A stretch of DNA of 13,717 nucleotides from Candidatus Cryosericum sp. (GCA_049699855.1 JBNAWM010000035.1:1-13717); one strand, 5' to 3'. Positions 1-7,222 are shown, numbered from the stretch's first letter. Program-made: numbers and translations. Notes: generated by a model from the sequence alone, not told the origin.

Positions 1-38
1 TAAGGCAAGCTTGTTCAGAAGGTTGCTCACACTAAACC

Positions 39-75
39 AGCGCGCCGGGCGTCCATCGTCCGGCGCGCTTTCTTT
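39..75 (+). terminator. Rho-independent terminator of an upstream gene outside the window
   Basis: Stem AGCGCGCCGGGCG (39-51) / CGTCCGGCGCGCT (57-69) with one G-U pair and a 5-nt loop, followed by TTCTTT. Confidence 0.8.
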
Positions 76-132
76 CAAGAGCCTGCCCCTTCCGGATGAA
101 AAAACTATTGACATAGCTATACTTGTTGCATC

Positions 133-2340
133 ATGGAAAACGAAACAACTGAAAGCGAAAGAGCCGAGGTCATCCGTCCTGGAGAGGCTGCCGAGGACGA
201 GCTGCAGCGACGGTACAATGCTGCGTTTGTCATGTCGGACAGCGACGCCCGTGCGGCGAAGGCCATGGCGGACGATATCTACACGGCAGCCGGCGCTGTC
301 AATGACTTCCACTGGCAGGCGTTGTCGCGGTATCTGGCTGGCTTCTGCCTTTACAATCTGAGCGAGTACGAACAGGCCATGGGCGAATTCGAACATGGCG
401 ATCACATTGCCCGGGAGCATCAGCTTGAGAACCTCGTGATCAAGTTTCGCAACGGCTATGGTGCGATCTATGAGCGGCTTGGGCAGTACCATCAGGCCGT
501 CGAGCAGTTTGCTGAAGGGCTCAACCGTGCCCGGGAACTGAACCTGAAGAGCGACACGGCTCACTTCCTCGTGAACCTCGGAGAGGTCTCGCTGTTGATG
601 GGGGACACGGCGCAGGCACTGGCGTTTGAGACCGAGGCGGAATCATTCATCCAACAGCTGCCCGAGGAAACCAGGTTTGCCATCGACGTCTACTACAATC
701 TGGCAGAGGCCCAGGCTGAGAGCGGTCTTCTGGAAGAGGCGGAACGTTCCTACCGGCGAAGCCTTGAAGCCGCCACGGCGGCCGGCAACACGATCTCGCA
801 GGTGGAGGCGCGAGTGCGTCTCGGTTCCATGCTGGCCGGTCGCGGCCAGCAGGAAGAGGCGCTGGCAACGCTGGAGGAGGCGCTGAGGCTGTGCAGCAGC
901 GCAGGGTTCCCCCTTCAGGAAACGGCCACGCTCCTGGCCCTGGGGCGTGTCGAGCAGGCTTCTGGGCGCCTGGAGCAGGCGATGCACCACTTTGAGCGGG
1001 CTGTTTCCGTGGCCGACGAGCACAAGATGGGAGACCTCCTGCCGCCGGCACTGGAGGCTCTTGCCACGGCAAAGGCTGCCATGAATTGCTTTGACGAGGC
1101 ATACCAGTACTTGCAGAGGTCGGTCAAGGCGGCACAGGCGTGGTCGAGTTCCGAGGCTGCCAGGACGCTGGCGGAGCTGGCAGCAGGATACCGGCTGGAA
1201 ACCGTGAAGCGCGAGGCTGAATTCGAGAAGCTGCGTCGTGAAGGGCTGGAGCAGGCGAACGAACGTCTCCGCACCGTGACCCGGATCGGCCGGAGCCTGA
1301 CTCAGAGCCTGGACCCCAAGGACATTCTCATGCGCATGTGGAATGAGCTTGCGGGATCGATCCCGATGAGAGTGCTGGCGTTTGGCATCTACAGCCACGA
1401 GTCTGGTGCGATTGAATTTCCAGGGCTCATCGACGCGGGAGCCTTGCAGGAGCCATCGTCCGTTTTCATTACCGATGAATCCAGTCTTTCCGCCCTCTGT
1501 GTCCGGGAAAAGCGGGTGCTGTCCTTTGGCACGCGCGAGGAGGCGCGAGCCGCCACGGGAAAGGAGTCGCTGGTCACGTTTCACCGTGAGGGGTCAACGG
1601 TGCAGAGCATCCTCTATCTTCCGATGTTCCGAGAGAATGAGATTGTCGGCGTGATGACGGTGCAAAGCGAGCAACCCCACGCGTATTCCAGCGGCATGAT
1701 CGAAATGCTCGAGGCGGTCGCCTCGTTCACCGCGATCGCGGTCGAGAATGCACGCATCATGATCCGGCTGAACGAGATGAACCAGGCTATCTCTGGTGAG
1801 AAGGAAGAGATCCAGAAAGCAGCGCTGGCTTCGTCGTGGCTGGCGGAGCATGACAGCCTGACGGGGCTGGCCAACCGGCGCTTTCTCGAGCGGATCCTGG
1901 GGGAGAACATCCGCCTTGCCCAGCTCGAGGACAACAGCATTGCCGTTTTCTTCATCGATGTCGACGATTTCAAGCGGGTGAACGATACCTATGGTCACGA
2001 TGCCGGAGATCATGTTCTGAAGGAGATTGGCGCGCGCCTGCAGGCTGTTTTCCGCGAGTGGGACTACGTCGCTCGTGTCGGCGGGGACGAGTTTGTCGTT
2101 GTGGCGCCGGGCGTAAAGCATGCAGCCAGCATCTCGTCCATGGCAGACAAGCTTGTGGAGGCTTTCGATAGTCCCCTTTCAGTGGGCGAGGGTTCCATAG
2201 CGGTGGCCGTCTCGGTGGGCGTTGCCACGTTCCCGGATCATGGCCAGACCAGCAAGGAGTTGATCAGGCATGCGGACGAAGCGATGTATCTGATCAAGCG
2301 GACCGGCAAGGGTGCCTGGAGGATGTGGTCGGCTTTCTAG
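133..2340 (+). CDS. Diguanylate cyclase with N-terminal TPR repeats, GAF domain and C-terminal GGDEF domain
   Basis: 735 aa. TPR-like helical repeats (NGYGAIYERLGQYHQAVEQF, NLAEAQAESGLLEEAERSY). GAF signature (SILYLPMFRENEIVGVMTVQSEQPHAYS...AIAVENAR). HDSLTGLANRR, FIDVDDFKRVNDTYGHDAGD, intact GGDEF, and RxxD I-site (REWD) 5 aa upstream. Confidence 0.95.
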   Translation: MENETTESERAEVIRPGEAAEDELQRRYNAAFVMSDSDARAAKAMADDIYTAAGAVNDFHWQALSRYLAGFCLYNLSEYEQAMGEFEHGDHIAREHQLENLVIKFRNGYGAIYERLGQYHQAVEQFAEGLNRARELNLKSDTAHFLVNLGEVSLLMGDTAQALAFETEAESFIQQLPEETRFAIDVYYNLAEAQAESGLLEEAERSYRRSLEAATAAGNTISQVEARVRLGSMLAGRGQQEEALATLEEALRLCSSAGFPLQETATLLALGRVEQASGRLEQAMHHFERAVSVADEHKMGDLLPPALEALATAKAAMNCFDEAYQYLQRSVKAAQAWSSSEAARTLAELAAGYRLETVKREAEFEKLRREGLEQANERLRTVTRIGRSLTQSLDPKDILMRMWNELAGSIPMRVLAFGIYSHESGAIEFPGLIDAGALQEPSSVFITDESSLSALCVREKRVLSFGTREEARAATGKESLVTFHREGSTVQSILYLPMFRENEIVGVMTVQSEQPHAYSSGMIEMLEAVASFTAIAVENARIMIRLNEMNQAISGEKEEIQKAALASSWLAEHDSLTGLANRRFLERILGENIRLAQLEDNSIAVFFIDVDDFKRVNDTYGHDAGDHVLKEIGARLQAVFREWDYVARVGGDEFVVVAPGVKHAASISSMADKLVEAFDSPLSVGEGSIAVAVSVGVATFPDHGQTSKELIRHADEAMYLIKRTGKGAWRMWSAF

Positions 2341-2376
2341 CCCACTGCAGGAGGCTTCGCGCATTCCCGGGCAATC

Positions 2377-2387
2377 TGTGATATAAT
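2377..2387 (+). promoter_or_regulatory. Extended -10 promoter (TGTGnTATAAT) for ssrA
   Basis: TGTG-A-TATAAT, a perfect extended -10, ~60 nt upstream of the mature tmRNA 5' end. Confidence 0.75.
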
Positions 2388-2445
2388 CTCTGTGCAGCAA
2401 GTTGTCGCGCGGGGATCCTCCCCGAGCAGGAAAAGCTGGCACCGT

Positions 2446-2800
2446 GGGGGTGCTGGGGTTCGACAGATACGTGAGGTGCAGGGTTGCAGGTAGAGGATGA
2501 CAGTTGGCCTCTTTAAACATCTGTCACAAAAAAACAAGCCAATAACAATTACGCTCTAGCTGCCTAAGCGCGGCTAGCGTTCCTCCGGGCCGTCCATCCC
2601 TGGGTCCGTCAGGGGCGCGTCTATAGGGGTCTCGAAGGCGAGGGCCGTTCCCGTTCCTTGCCCAAGAGTACCAAACGGGAAATCGTGCAGAGCGGGGCGT
2701 CGACTCCCGGCCGAGCGCAAGGTACAACAGCCGACTAAACCTGTAGTAACGCTGTGTTTAACGTATTTGGACGCGAGTTCAACTCTCGCCACCTCCACCA
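2446..2800 (+). ncRNA. ssrA: tmRNA (transfer-messenger RNA)
   Basis: 5' GGGGGTG pairs with 3' CACCTCC-ACCA, including the G3-U alanine identity pair. TTCGAC near the 5' end. T-arm GCGAG-TTCAACT-CTCGC. P2 CAGATACGT/ACGTATTTG. pk1 stems AGAGG/CCTCT and TGACAG/CTGTCA. 355 nt. Confidence 0.98.
2538..2567 (+). other. tmRNA tag reading frame (A)ANNNYALAA*
   Basis: GCC AAT AAC AAT TAC GCT CTA GCT GCC TAA, just after pk1 and an A-rich stretch; canonical YALAA C-terminus. Confidence 0.93.
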
Positions 2801-2812
2801 TACGTACATTCG

Positions 2813-2860
2813 ACCATCTATCGACAAGGAGTAGCTTAGTCGGTAGATGGTTTTCTCTTT
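2813..2860 (+). terminator. Rho-independent terminator of ssrA
   Basis: ACCATCTATCGAC (2813-2825) / GTCGGTAGATGGT (2839-2851) with one G-U pair, followed by TTTCTCTTT. Confidence 0.85.
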
Positions 2861-3039
2861 ACCCAACGCAGGGTTGCAGCAAACGGGCGGGCCCTGTCAC
2901 TTTCAGAGTCAGCGCCGTGCATCTGAGGGTTTGTGGTACACACTGGCCTGTGGTTGGCGCCGAATCGCTAAAGGAGAGTTGTGAGTGTGCCCGCCACCGC
3001 TACGTTTCGGCTGCGGCAGCACAAGGAGGAAGTGACTGA

Positions 3040-3705
3040 ATGACCAAAAAAGCGTATGACTACCTCGTGATCGTGAGTGGGGTGATTTGCGGTTACGTCA
3101 TGATCAAATCGTTGTTCTTCGTTCAGACAAGACTTGTGCGGACCGACGTAATTCAAGGCGTTCTCGTCGGTTTTGGGCTGGCGGTTGCCGCGGCCTATGT
3201 GACGGCGAAGGTCAGGGCAAAGACCGTCAACGGGTGGAACACCATGTTTGGATGTGGCGCTCCTGGCGCTGGCCTGTTGCTGCGGGCTGCGTGCACGCTG
3301 GCCTTTCCTGGCCCGATCAACACGTCTGAAGAGGCGGTGTACTGGACCGCATCGGTCGATGGCTCGAACCACGACCTGTCCGGCGAGCATGCGTACGTTC
3401 TGCACTTTCCGGCGGGCGGACTCCCGCCGAATGATGCGTTCTGGTCGTTGACGATGGGCGATGCACAGAATCGCTTTGTGGCGAATCCAATCAATCGGTA
3501 CAGCGTGTCTGACCGATCGGGACTCGTGCCAAATGCCGACGGCTCTGTCGATATTTACATCCAGAACGCAGCTCCGGCAGATCACCAGTCCAACTGGCTG
3601 CCTGCACCCATGGGCAAGTTCATTCTCTGGTTGCGCGTCTACATGCCTGGTGAGGCAATTCTGGGCGGAACATACCGCGTGCCGCCGGTTGTGAAGGTGA
3701 AGTGA
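3040..3705 (+). CDS. DUF1214-like domain protein with two N-terminal hydrophobic segments
   Basis: 221 aa, RBS AAGGAGG at 3023-3029. Motifs EEAVYW, YVLHFPAGGLPPNDAFWSLTM, NPINRYSVSDR, NADGSVDIYIQ, NWLPAP, LWLRVYMP are typical of DUF1214. Confidence 0.85.
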   Translation: MTKKAYDYLVIVSGVICGYVMIKSLFFVQTRLVRTDVIQGVLVGFGLAVAAAYVTAKVRAKTVNGWNTMFGCGAPGAGLLLRAACTLAFPGPINTSEEAVYWTASVDGSNHDLSGEHAYVLHFPAGGLPPNDAFWSLTMGDAQNRFVANPINRYSVSDRSGLVPNADGSVDIYIQNAAPADHQSNWLPAPMGKFILWLRVYMPGEAILGGTYRVPPVVKVK

Positions 3706-4286
3706 TGGAGTATGTGAGATTGGAGCACATCCTCATCTTCAGTTCGCTTATGGTCGCCGCATGGTTCATGTTCCTCTTCTATCTGCCGCGCATGCTTTTG
3801 AGCGTGTTCAAGCGGGCCATCCTCGTGAAAGGGTTCGGCGACGGCCCCATCCCGGTCAATGCACTCTATACGCAGTCTCAAGCATCGTTTGCAGACCCGC
3901 TCCGTGCATCAAGCTCACCATTGATGACGACGGGCGTGAACCGGGACACCCTCATCACAATCGGCTGGCTGGATCTCAGCAAAGGGCCGCAAGTCCTGCA
4001 TGTCCCGGACATGGCCGGTCGCTATTACAGCGTGCAATTCACCGATCCATCCAGAAACACGGTGTTTGCCTATGTTGGCAAACGCACGACAGGAACCAAA
4101 TCCGGGCAGTTTCTGATCAGCGGCCCGGGTTGGAAAGGCGTCGTGCCGCAGGGAGTGTCACAGATTTCGTCACCGAATTCCTCGGTGCTCGTCATCGGCC
4201 GTGTGCTGGTTGAGAGCGACAGCGACCTCCCAGCCGCGTACGGACTCGCGAAGCAGATACAGCTCTCCTCACTGACCCAGGCATAG
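3705..4286 (+). CDS. DUF1254-like domain protein with N-terminal transmembrane segment
   Basis: ATG in a TGATG overlap with the upstream stop. Motifs NRDTL..GWLDLSKGPQVLHVPDMAGRYYSVQFTD, YVGKRTTGT, FLISGPGWKG, IGRVLV are typical of DUF1254. Confidence 0.85.
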   Translation: MEYVRLEHILIFSSLMVAAWFMFLFYLPRMLLSVFKRAILVKGFGDGPIPVNALYTQSQASFADPLRASSSPLMTTGVNRDTLITIGWLDLSKGPQVLHVPDMAGRYYSVQFTDPSRNTVFAYVGKRTTGTKSGQFLISGPGWKGVVPQGVSQISSPNSSVLVIGRVLVESDSDLPAAYGLAKQIQLSSLTQA

Positions 4287-4345
4287 CGTTTCCATCACAG
4301 GCCCACTTCGTCATCCAGCATTCACACATCATCCTTCGGCCCAGA

Positions 4346-4373
4346 TTGACATTCACACAGAGTGGCCCATAAT
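4346..4373 (+). promoter_or_regulatory. Sigma70-type promoter of the tetR operon
   Basis: TTGACA (4346-4351), 16-bp spacer, CATAAT (4368-4373). Confidence 0.7.
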
Positions 4374-4401
4374 GAACATTGTTCAAGTGAACAATGTTCA
4401 T
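4372..4401. promoter_or_regulatory. Putative TetR operator: two tandem TGAACAWTGTTCA palindromes
   Basis: ATGAACATTGTTCA-AG-TGAACAATGTTCAT is a perfect 14-bp inverted repeat; each arm contains a 13-bp palindrome; it overlaps the -10 and start site directly upstream of the tetR gene. Confidence 0.8.
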
Positions 4402-4427
4402 AAGGTGCAACAAGGTGGAGGATGTCC

Positions 4428-5015
4428 ATGAAGAAGGCTGCTGCTACACTTGACGAGGTGACTGAGCGTGCGATAGAACTGGTGGCTCGCGATGGCCTTG
4501 GCTCGCTGACGATCCGTGCGCTGTCCGAGGCAACGGGCGTCTCAGTGGGGACCCTGTACAACTACTTCGGGGACAAAACAGGCCTGATCCTCAGGATCAT
4601 GGACTCGTTCTGGAACACGACTCTCAACGTGGACCTGGTGCGGACGCTCGACAAACCGATGGAATTGCCCGGCATGCTGGAGGAAGCGTACAAGGTCCTC
4701 CGTGAGCGAAGCCGTCTCTTCCATCACGACTTCATTCGAGACATGCACCTGATCGAGAACCTGCCGGCGGGCCATCCCGGTACGCGGGCGAGCTACCTGA
4801 TGGCGGTGGAGGACAAACTGCGAGAGATGGTGCGGAGGTTTCCCGAGCTTGATGCCCGGATCCGCGAACAGGGGGTGGAGGACCAGTTTGTCCAGGTTCT
4901 GCTGGACAACGTTATGGGACTCCTCAGCCGGGACGCGCCGGACCTGGGGTTGTTCCGGGATGTCCTCGCGGCGTATCTGGCCAGCCTGATGGACGCCCGG
5001 CGCACGGGCACATAG
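4428..5015 (+). CDS. TetR/AcrR family transcriptional regulator
   Basis: N-terminal HTH AIELVARDGLGSLTIRALSEATGVSVGTLYNYFGDKTGLI. GGAGG at 4417-4421 abuts ATG 4422, so ATG 4428 is the better-spaced start. Confidence 0.93.
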   Translation: MKKAAATLDEVTERAIELVARDGLGSLTIRALSEATGVSVGTLYNYFGDKTGLILRIMDSFWNTTLNVDLVRTLDKPMELPGMLEEAYKVLRERSRLFHHDFIRDMHLIENLPAGHPGTRASYLMAVEDKLREMVRRFPELDARIREQGVEDQFVQVLLDNVMGLLSRDAPDLGLFRDVLAAYLASLMDARRTGT

Positions 5016-5036
5016 AAAACGAGAGGAGAAGAGACG

Positions 5037-5708
5037 ATGGAACGAATTATGGAATCACTCTTTGACATTGCCTATCTGGTGGTTGTCATCAGTCTGGGGC
5101 TGACTCTGGTGAGGGGGTCTGGCCGTGACATGGAAAGCCGCCTGGTTGGCGTCATGGCGCTGGTGCTGGGGATTGGCGATGCGTTTCACCTCATCCCGCG
5201 CGTCTATGCCCTGAACGCGGGCGGTCCGGAGGCTCACGCCGCTCTGCTGGGCGTAGGAAAGGCCGTCACATCGGTGACCATGACCGTGTTCTACGTGATC
5301 CTCTACGTTGTCTGGAAGCGGCACTACCGTGTAACCACGTCCCGTGTGCTGGATGCGGTGGTTGGCATACTCGCCGCCGCGCGCGTTGTCCTGAGCCTGT
5401 TTCCGCAGAACCAGTGGCTGGTCTACCGCCAACCCCTGGATTGGGCCATCTATCGCAACATTCCCTTCGCCCTGCTGGGGATCCTGATGATCGTCCTCTT
5501 CCTCCACGGCGGTACGTCTGGGCAGGACCGTGCCTTCAAATGGATGTGGGTCGCCATCCTGCTCTCCTTCGGTTTCTATGCACCGGTCGTGCTGTGGGCT
5601 AACGTCAACGAGACCATTGGCCTGCTCATGATCCCCAAGACGCTCGCCTACGTGTGGATCGTCTGGATGGGATATCAGAACTTCAGGGAGCGTCTGCAGA
5701 CAAGGTAG
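5037..5708 (+). CDS. Polytopic membrane protein of unknown function (~7 TM segments)
   Basis: 223 aa, RBS GAGGAG. Alternating hydrophobic segments with polar motifs GDAFHLIPR, YRNIPF, MIPKT. Starts 21 bp after the tetR stop. Confidence 0.8.
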   Translation: MERIMESLFDIAYLVVVISLGLTLVRGSGRDMESRLVGVMALVLGIGDAFHLIPRVYALNAGGPEAHAALLGVGKAVTSVTMTVFYVILYVVWKRHYRVTTSRVLDAVVGILAAARVVLSLFPQNQWLVYRQPLDWAIYRNIPFALLGILMIVLFLHGGTSGQDRAFKWMWVAILLSFGFYAPVVLWANVNETIGLLMIPKTLAYVWIVWMGYQNFRERLQTR

Positions 5709-5756
5709 GCACACCGCCAGGGTCGCTCTCTGGAGTGGTTTCTATCGAGGAACAAC

Positions 5757-5791
5757 AACGAGCCCGGCAGTTGCGCACGGCCGGGCTCGTT
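5757..5791. terminator. Terminator hairpin between convergent genes (best U-tail on the minus strand)
   Basis: Perfect 12-bp stem AACGAGCCCGGC / GCCGGGCTCGTT; the minus strand ends ...CGTTGTTGTT. Confidence 0.75.
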
Positions 5792-5800
5792 CAGGGATCC

Positions 5801-6169
5801 CTAAAGCGCCTTCCCCTCATCGTCGATCACGAGGTTAGGATTGGCCTCAAGCTTGGCCTTGAGTTCCTTCTTAATCTGTTCAGCCGAAATTGTCTTGGAC
5901 AACTCTTTGACGTATGCCGCATCAGTTGGGAACGAAATGGCGTTCCAGAGGCATCCAACCTGGCAGTTGTTGCAGCCGACCATGCAATGGTCCTGGTACA
6001 GGACGACTGCTTTCTTCTTGTCGGGGTTAAAGCCGAACACGTTCCTCTTCTCGCCGCAGGTCACCACACACAGGCCACAGCCCGTGCACTTGTTGGGGTC
6101 AATGACCGGTCCCCAGGTAATCGTGCTGCGATCCAGTCCATGCCATTTGGCAAAGAAATCATCAGCCAT
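5801..6169 (-). CDS. 2x[4Fe-4S] dicluster ferredoxin-like protein
   Basis: 122 aa with CTGCGLCVVTC and CMVGCNNCQVGC; RBS GGGGAGG. Confidence 0.9.
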   Translation of the reverse strand: MADDFFAKWHGLDRSTITWGPVIDPNKCTGCGLCVVTCGEKRNVFGFNPDKKKAVVLYQDHCMVGCNNCQVGCLWNAISFPTDAAYVKELSKTISAEQIKKELKAKLEANPNLVIDDEGKAL

Positions 6170-6187
6170 GTCTGTTTTCCTCCCCGA

Positions 6188-6535
6188 CTAGGACTCGTGC
6201 ACGACGTGGTCCGGGAACTTCTCGAGCCGCTCGTCCAGAGCTGTCTTGACCTTTGGAAAGATCTTGTACTTCGCAACCGCTGCCTTGACGAATGTGGCGG
6301 AGTCTTCGGGGAAGCTGATTGCCTCTTCCGGGCAGACCTTTCCACACGTCGTGCAGCCCACCGAACAATTGCCCGGGTTCAGGACGACGAACTTGCCCGT
6401 CGATTTGGTGAAGGCAAAGACGCCTGCGCCGCAACTCAGCAGGCACAGCCCGCAATTGGTGCACTTCGACTCGTCGATCGTGGGATTCCAAACAAAATTG
6501 GATCTATCCACGCCATACCACTGTTTATCTGCCAC
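6188..6535 (-). CDS. 2x[4Fe-4S] dicluster ferredoxin-like protein (paralog of the neighbour)
   Basis: GTG at 6535 follows AAGGAGG-AACAAC, giving 115 aa. CTNCGLCLLSC and CSVGCTTCGKVCP. N-terminus WYGVDRS...WNPTID matches the neighbour's WHGLDRS...WGPVID. Confidence 0.9.
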   Translation of the reverse strand: MADKQWYGVDRSNFVWNPTIDESKCTNCGLCLLSCGAGVFAFTKSTGKFVVLNPGNCSVGCTTCGKVCPEEAISFPEDSATFVKAAVAKYKIFPKVKTALDERLEKFPDHVVHES

Positions 6536-6685
6536 GTTGTTCCTCCTTGCCAGCGCCCCGAGTTCCGGCCGAACCGGCAGGCAACCATAGACTGCACCCG
6601 ACCGCTCCTGCCAGTCTCTTGGCTGGTTGTTTCTACATGCGCGGCCGAGAAACAGGCTGCGCCCACGCTTGTGTTTCAATGTTGC

Positions 6686-6713
6686 ATAATATGGAAACAT
6701 TGTACACAGTCAA
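6686..6713 (-). promoter_or_regulatory. Putative sigma70 promoter of the ferredoxin operon
   Basis: Minus strand TTGACT, 16-bp spacer, TATTAT; overlapped by the imperfect inverted repeat CAATGTT-N12-AACATTG (6677-6702). Confidence 0.55.
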
Positions 6714-6824
6714 GCAGCAAAGGCGTCAAAACTTTCACAAAGTGCGACGTGCGAGTTCTGACAATCGCGGTTCAATGAAGCTGCCCGAGCAGGTTCTGGG
6801 ACACCTCTGCTCTTCTGTCGTCGT

Positions 6825-6895
6825 GCTTTGTCCGTCATTCCCGCTTTGTCCGTCATTCCCGTTTTGTCCGTCATTCCCGCGCAGGCGGGAATCCA
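6825..6895 (+). repeat. 18-bp tandem repeat x3 ending in a complete CGTC-type palindrome (dRS3/RPE-like)
   Basis: GYTTTGTCCGTCATTCCC at 6825, 6843 and 6861; the last copy continues as CGTCATTCCCGCGCAGGCGGGAATCCA (6869-6895), which matches ATTCCC-N8-GGGAAT. Confidence 0.9.
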
Positions 6896-6916
6896 CATCA
6901 TTGCTCCCTCTGTTCT

Positions 6917-7015
6917 GAATCCCCGACAAAAGCATTCGGGGATGACGGAGGAGGGACGGAGCGGACATTCGGGGATGACGGAGGAGGGACGGAGCGGACA
7001 TTCGGGGATGACGGA
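6917..7015 (-). repeat. Minus-strand CGTC-type palindrome plus 33-bp tandem repeat x2.5
   Basis: Minus strand CGTCATCCCCGAATGCTTTTGTCGGGGATTC (6947-6917). Unit CATTCGGGGATGACGGAGGAGGGACGGAGCGGA at 6933 and 6966, partial at 6999. Confidence 0.9.
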
Positions 7016-7026
7016 AGAAGTGTTTT

Positions 7027-7090
7027 TGTCATTCCTCCCTGAGCCTTTTGGTGTAAGGCGAAGGGTGCTTTCGGCGCAGGCGGGAATCCA
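7027..7090 (+). repeat. 64-bp direct repeat, copy 1 (interrupted CGTC-type palindrome)
   Basis: TGTCATTCCTCCCTGAGCCTTTTGGTGTAAGGCGAAGGGTGCTTTCGGCGCAGGCGGGAATCCA; 61/64 identical to 7246-7309. Confidence 0.9.
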
Positions 7091-7165
7091 CTCGAAGTTG
7101 TCCATCCAATGTTTGGACAGATGTGTGAACTATATCCAGGGTATGGGATGAATTGGATACACCGA

Positions 7166-7222
7166 ATCGACACGTTCACAATTGATGTCGACGAATTGGC
7201 GTTTTATCGACACGTTCACAAT
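7166..7222 (+). repeat. 17-bp direct repeat x2 with 40-bp period
   Basis: ATCGACACGTTCACAAT at 7166-7182 and 7206-7222, each with GAATTGG a few bases upstream. Confidence 0.85.

Noticed and set aside
2446..2800. tRNA-Ala, or protein-coding ORFs 2524-2727, 2574-2801 and 2767-3039
   Set aside because: The tRNA-like ends enclose a tag frame and pseudoknot, so this is tmRNA; the overlapping ORFs are shadows
2861..2970. c-di-GMP or other known riboswitch near the cyclase or DUF genes
   Set aside because: No recognisable consensus motif by eye; an Rfam scan would be needed to exclude it fully
6536..6700. N-terminal 55-aa extension of the 170-aa ferredoxin ORF
   Set aside because: A strong RBS before GTG 6535 and alignment to the paralog indicate the shorter protein
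6710..7179. ORFs across the repeat cluster (VIPAQAGIH, WIPACAGMT, DSRLRGND peptides)
   Set aside because: These are translations of the palindromic repeats, open in several frames on both strands, with no convincing RBS
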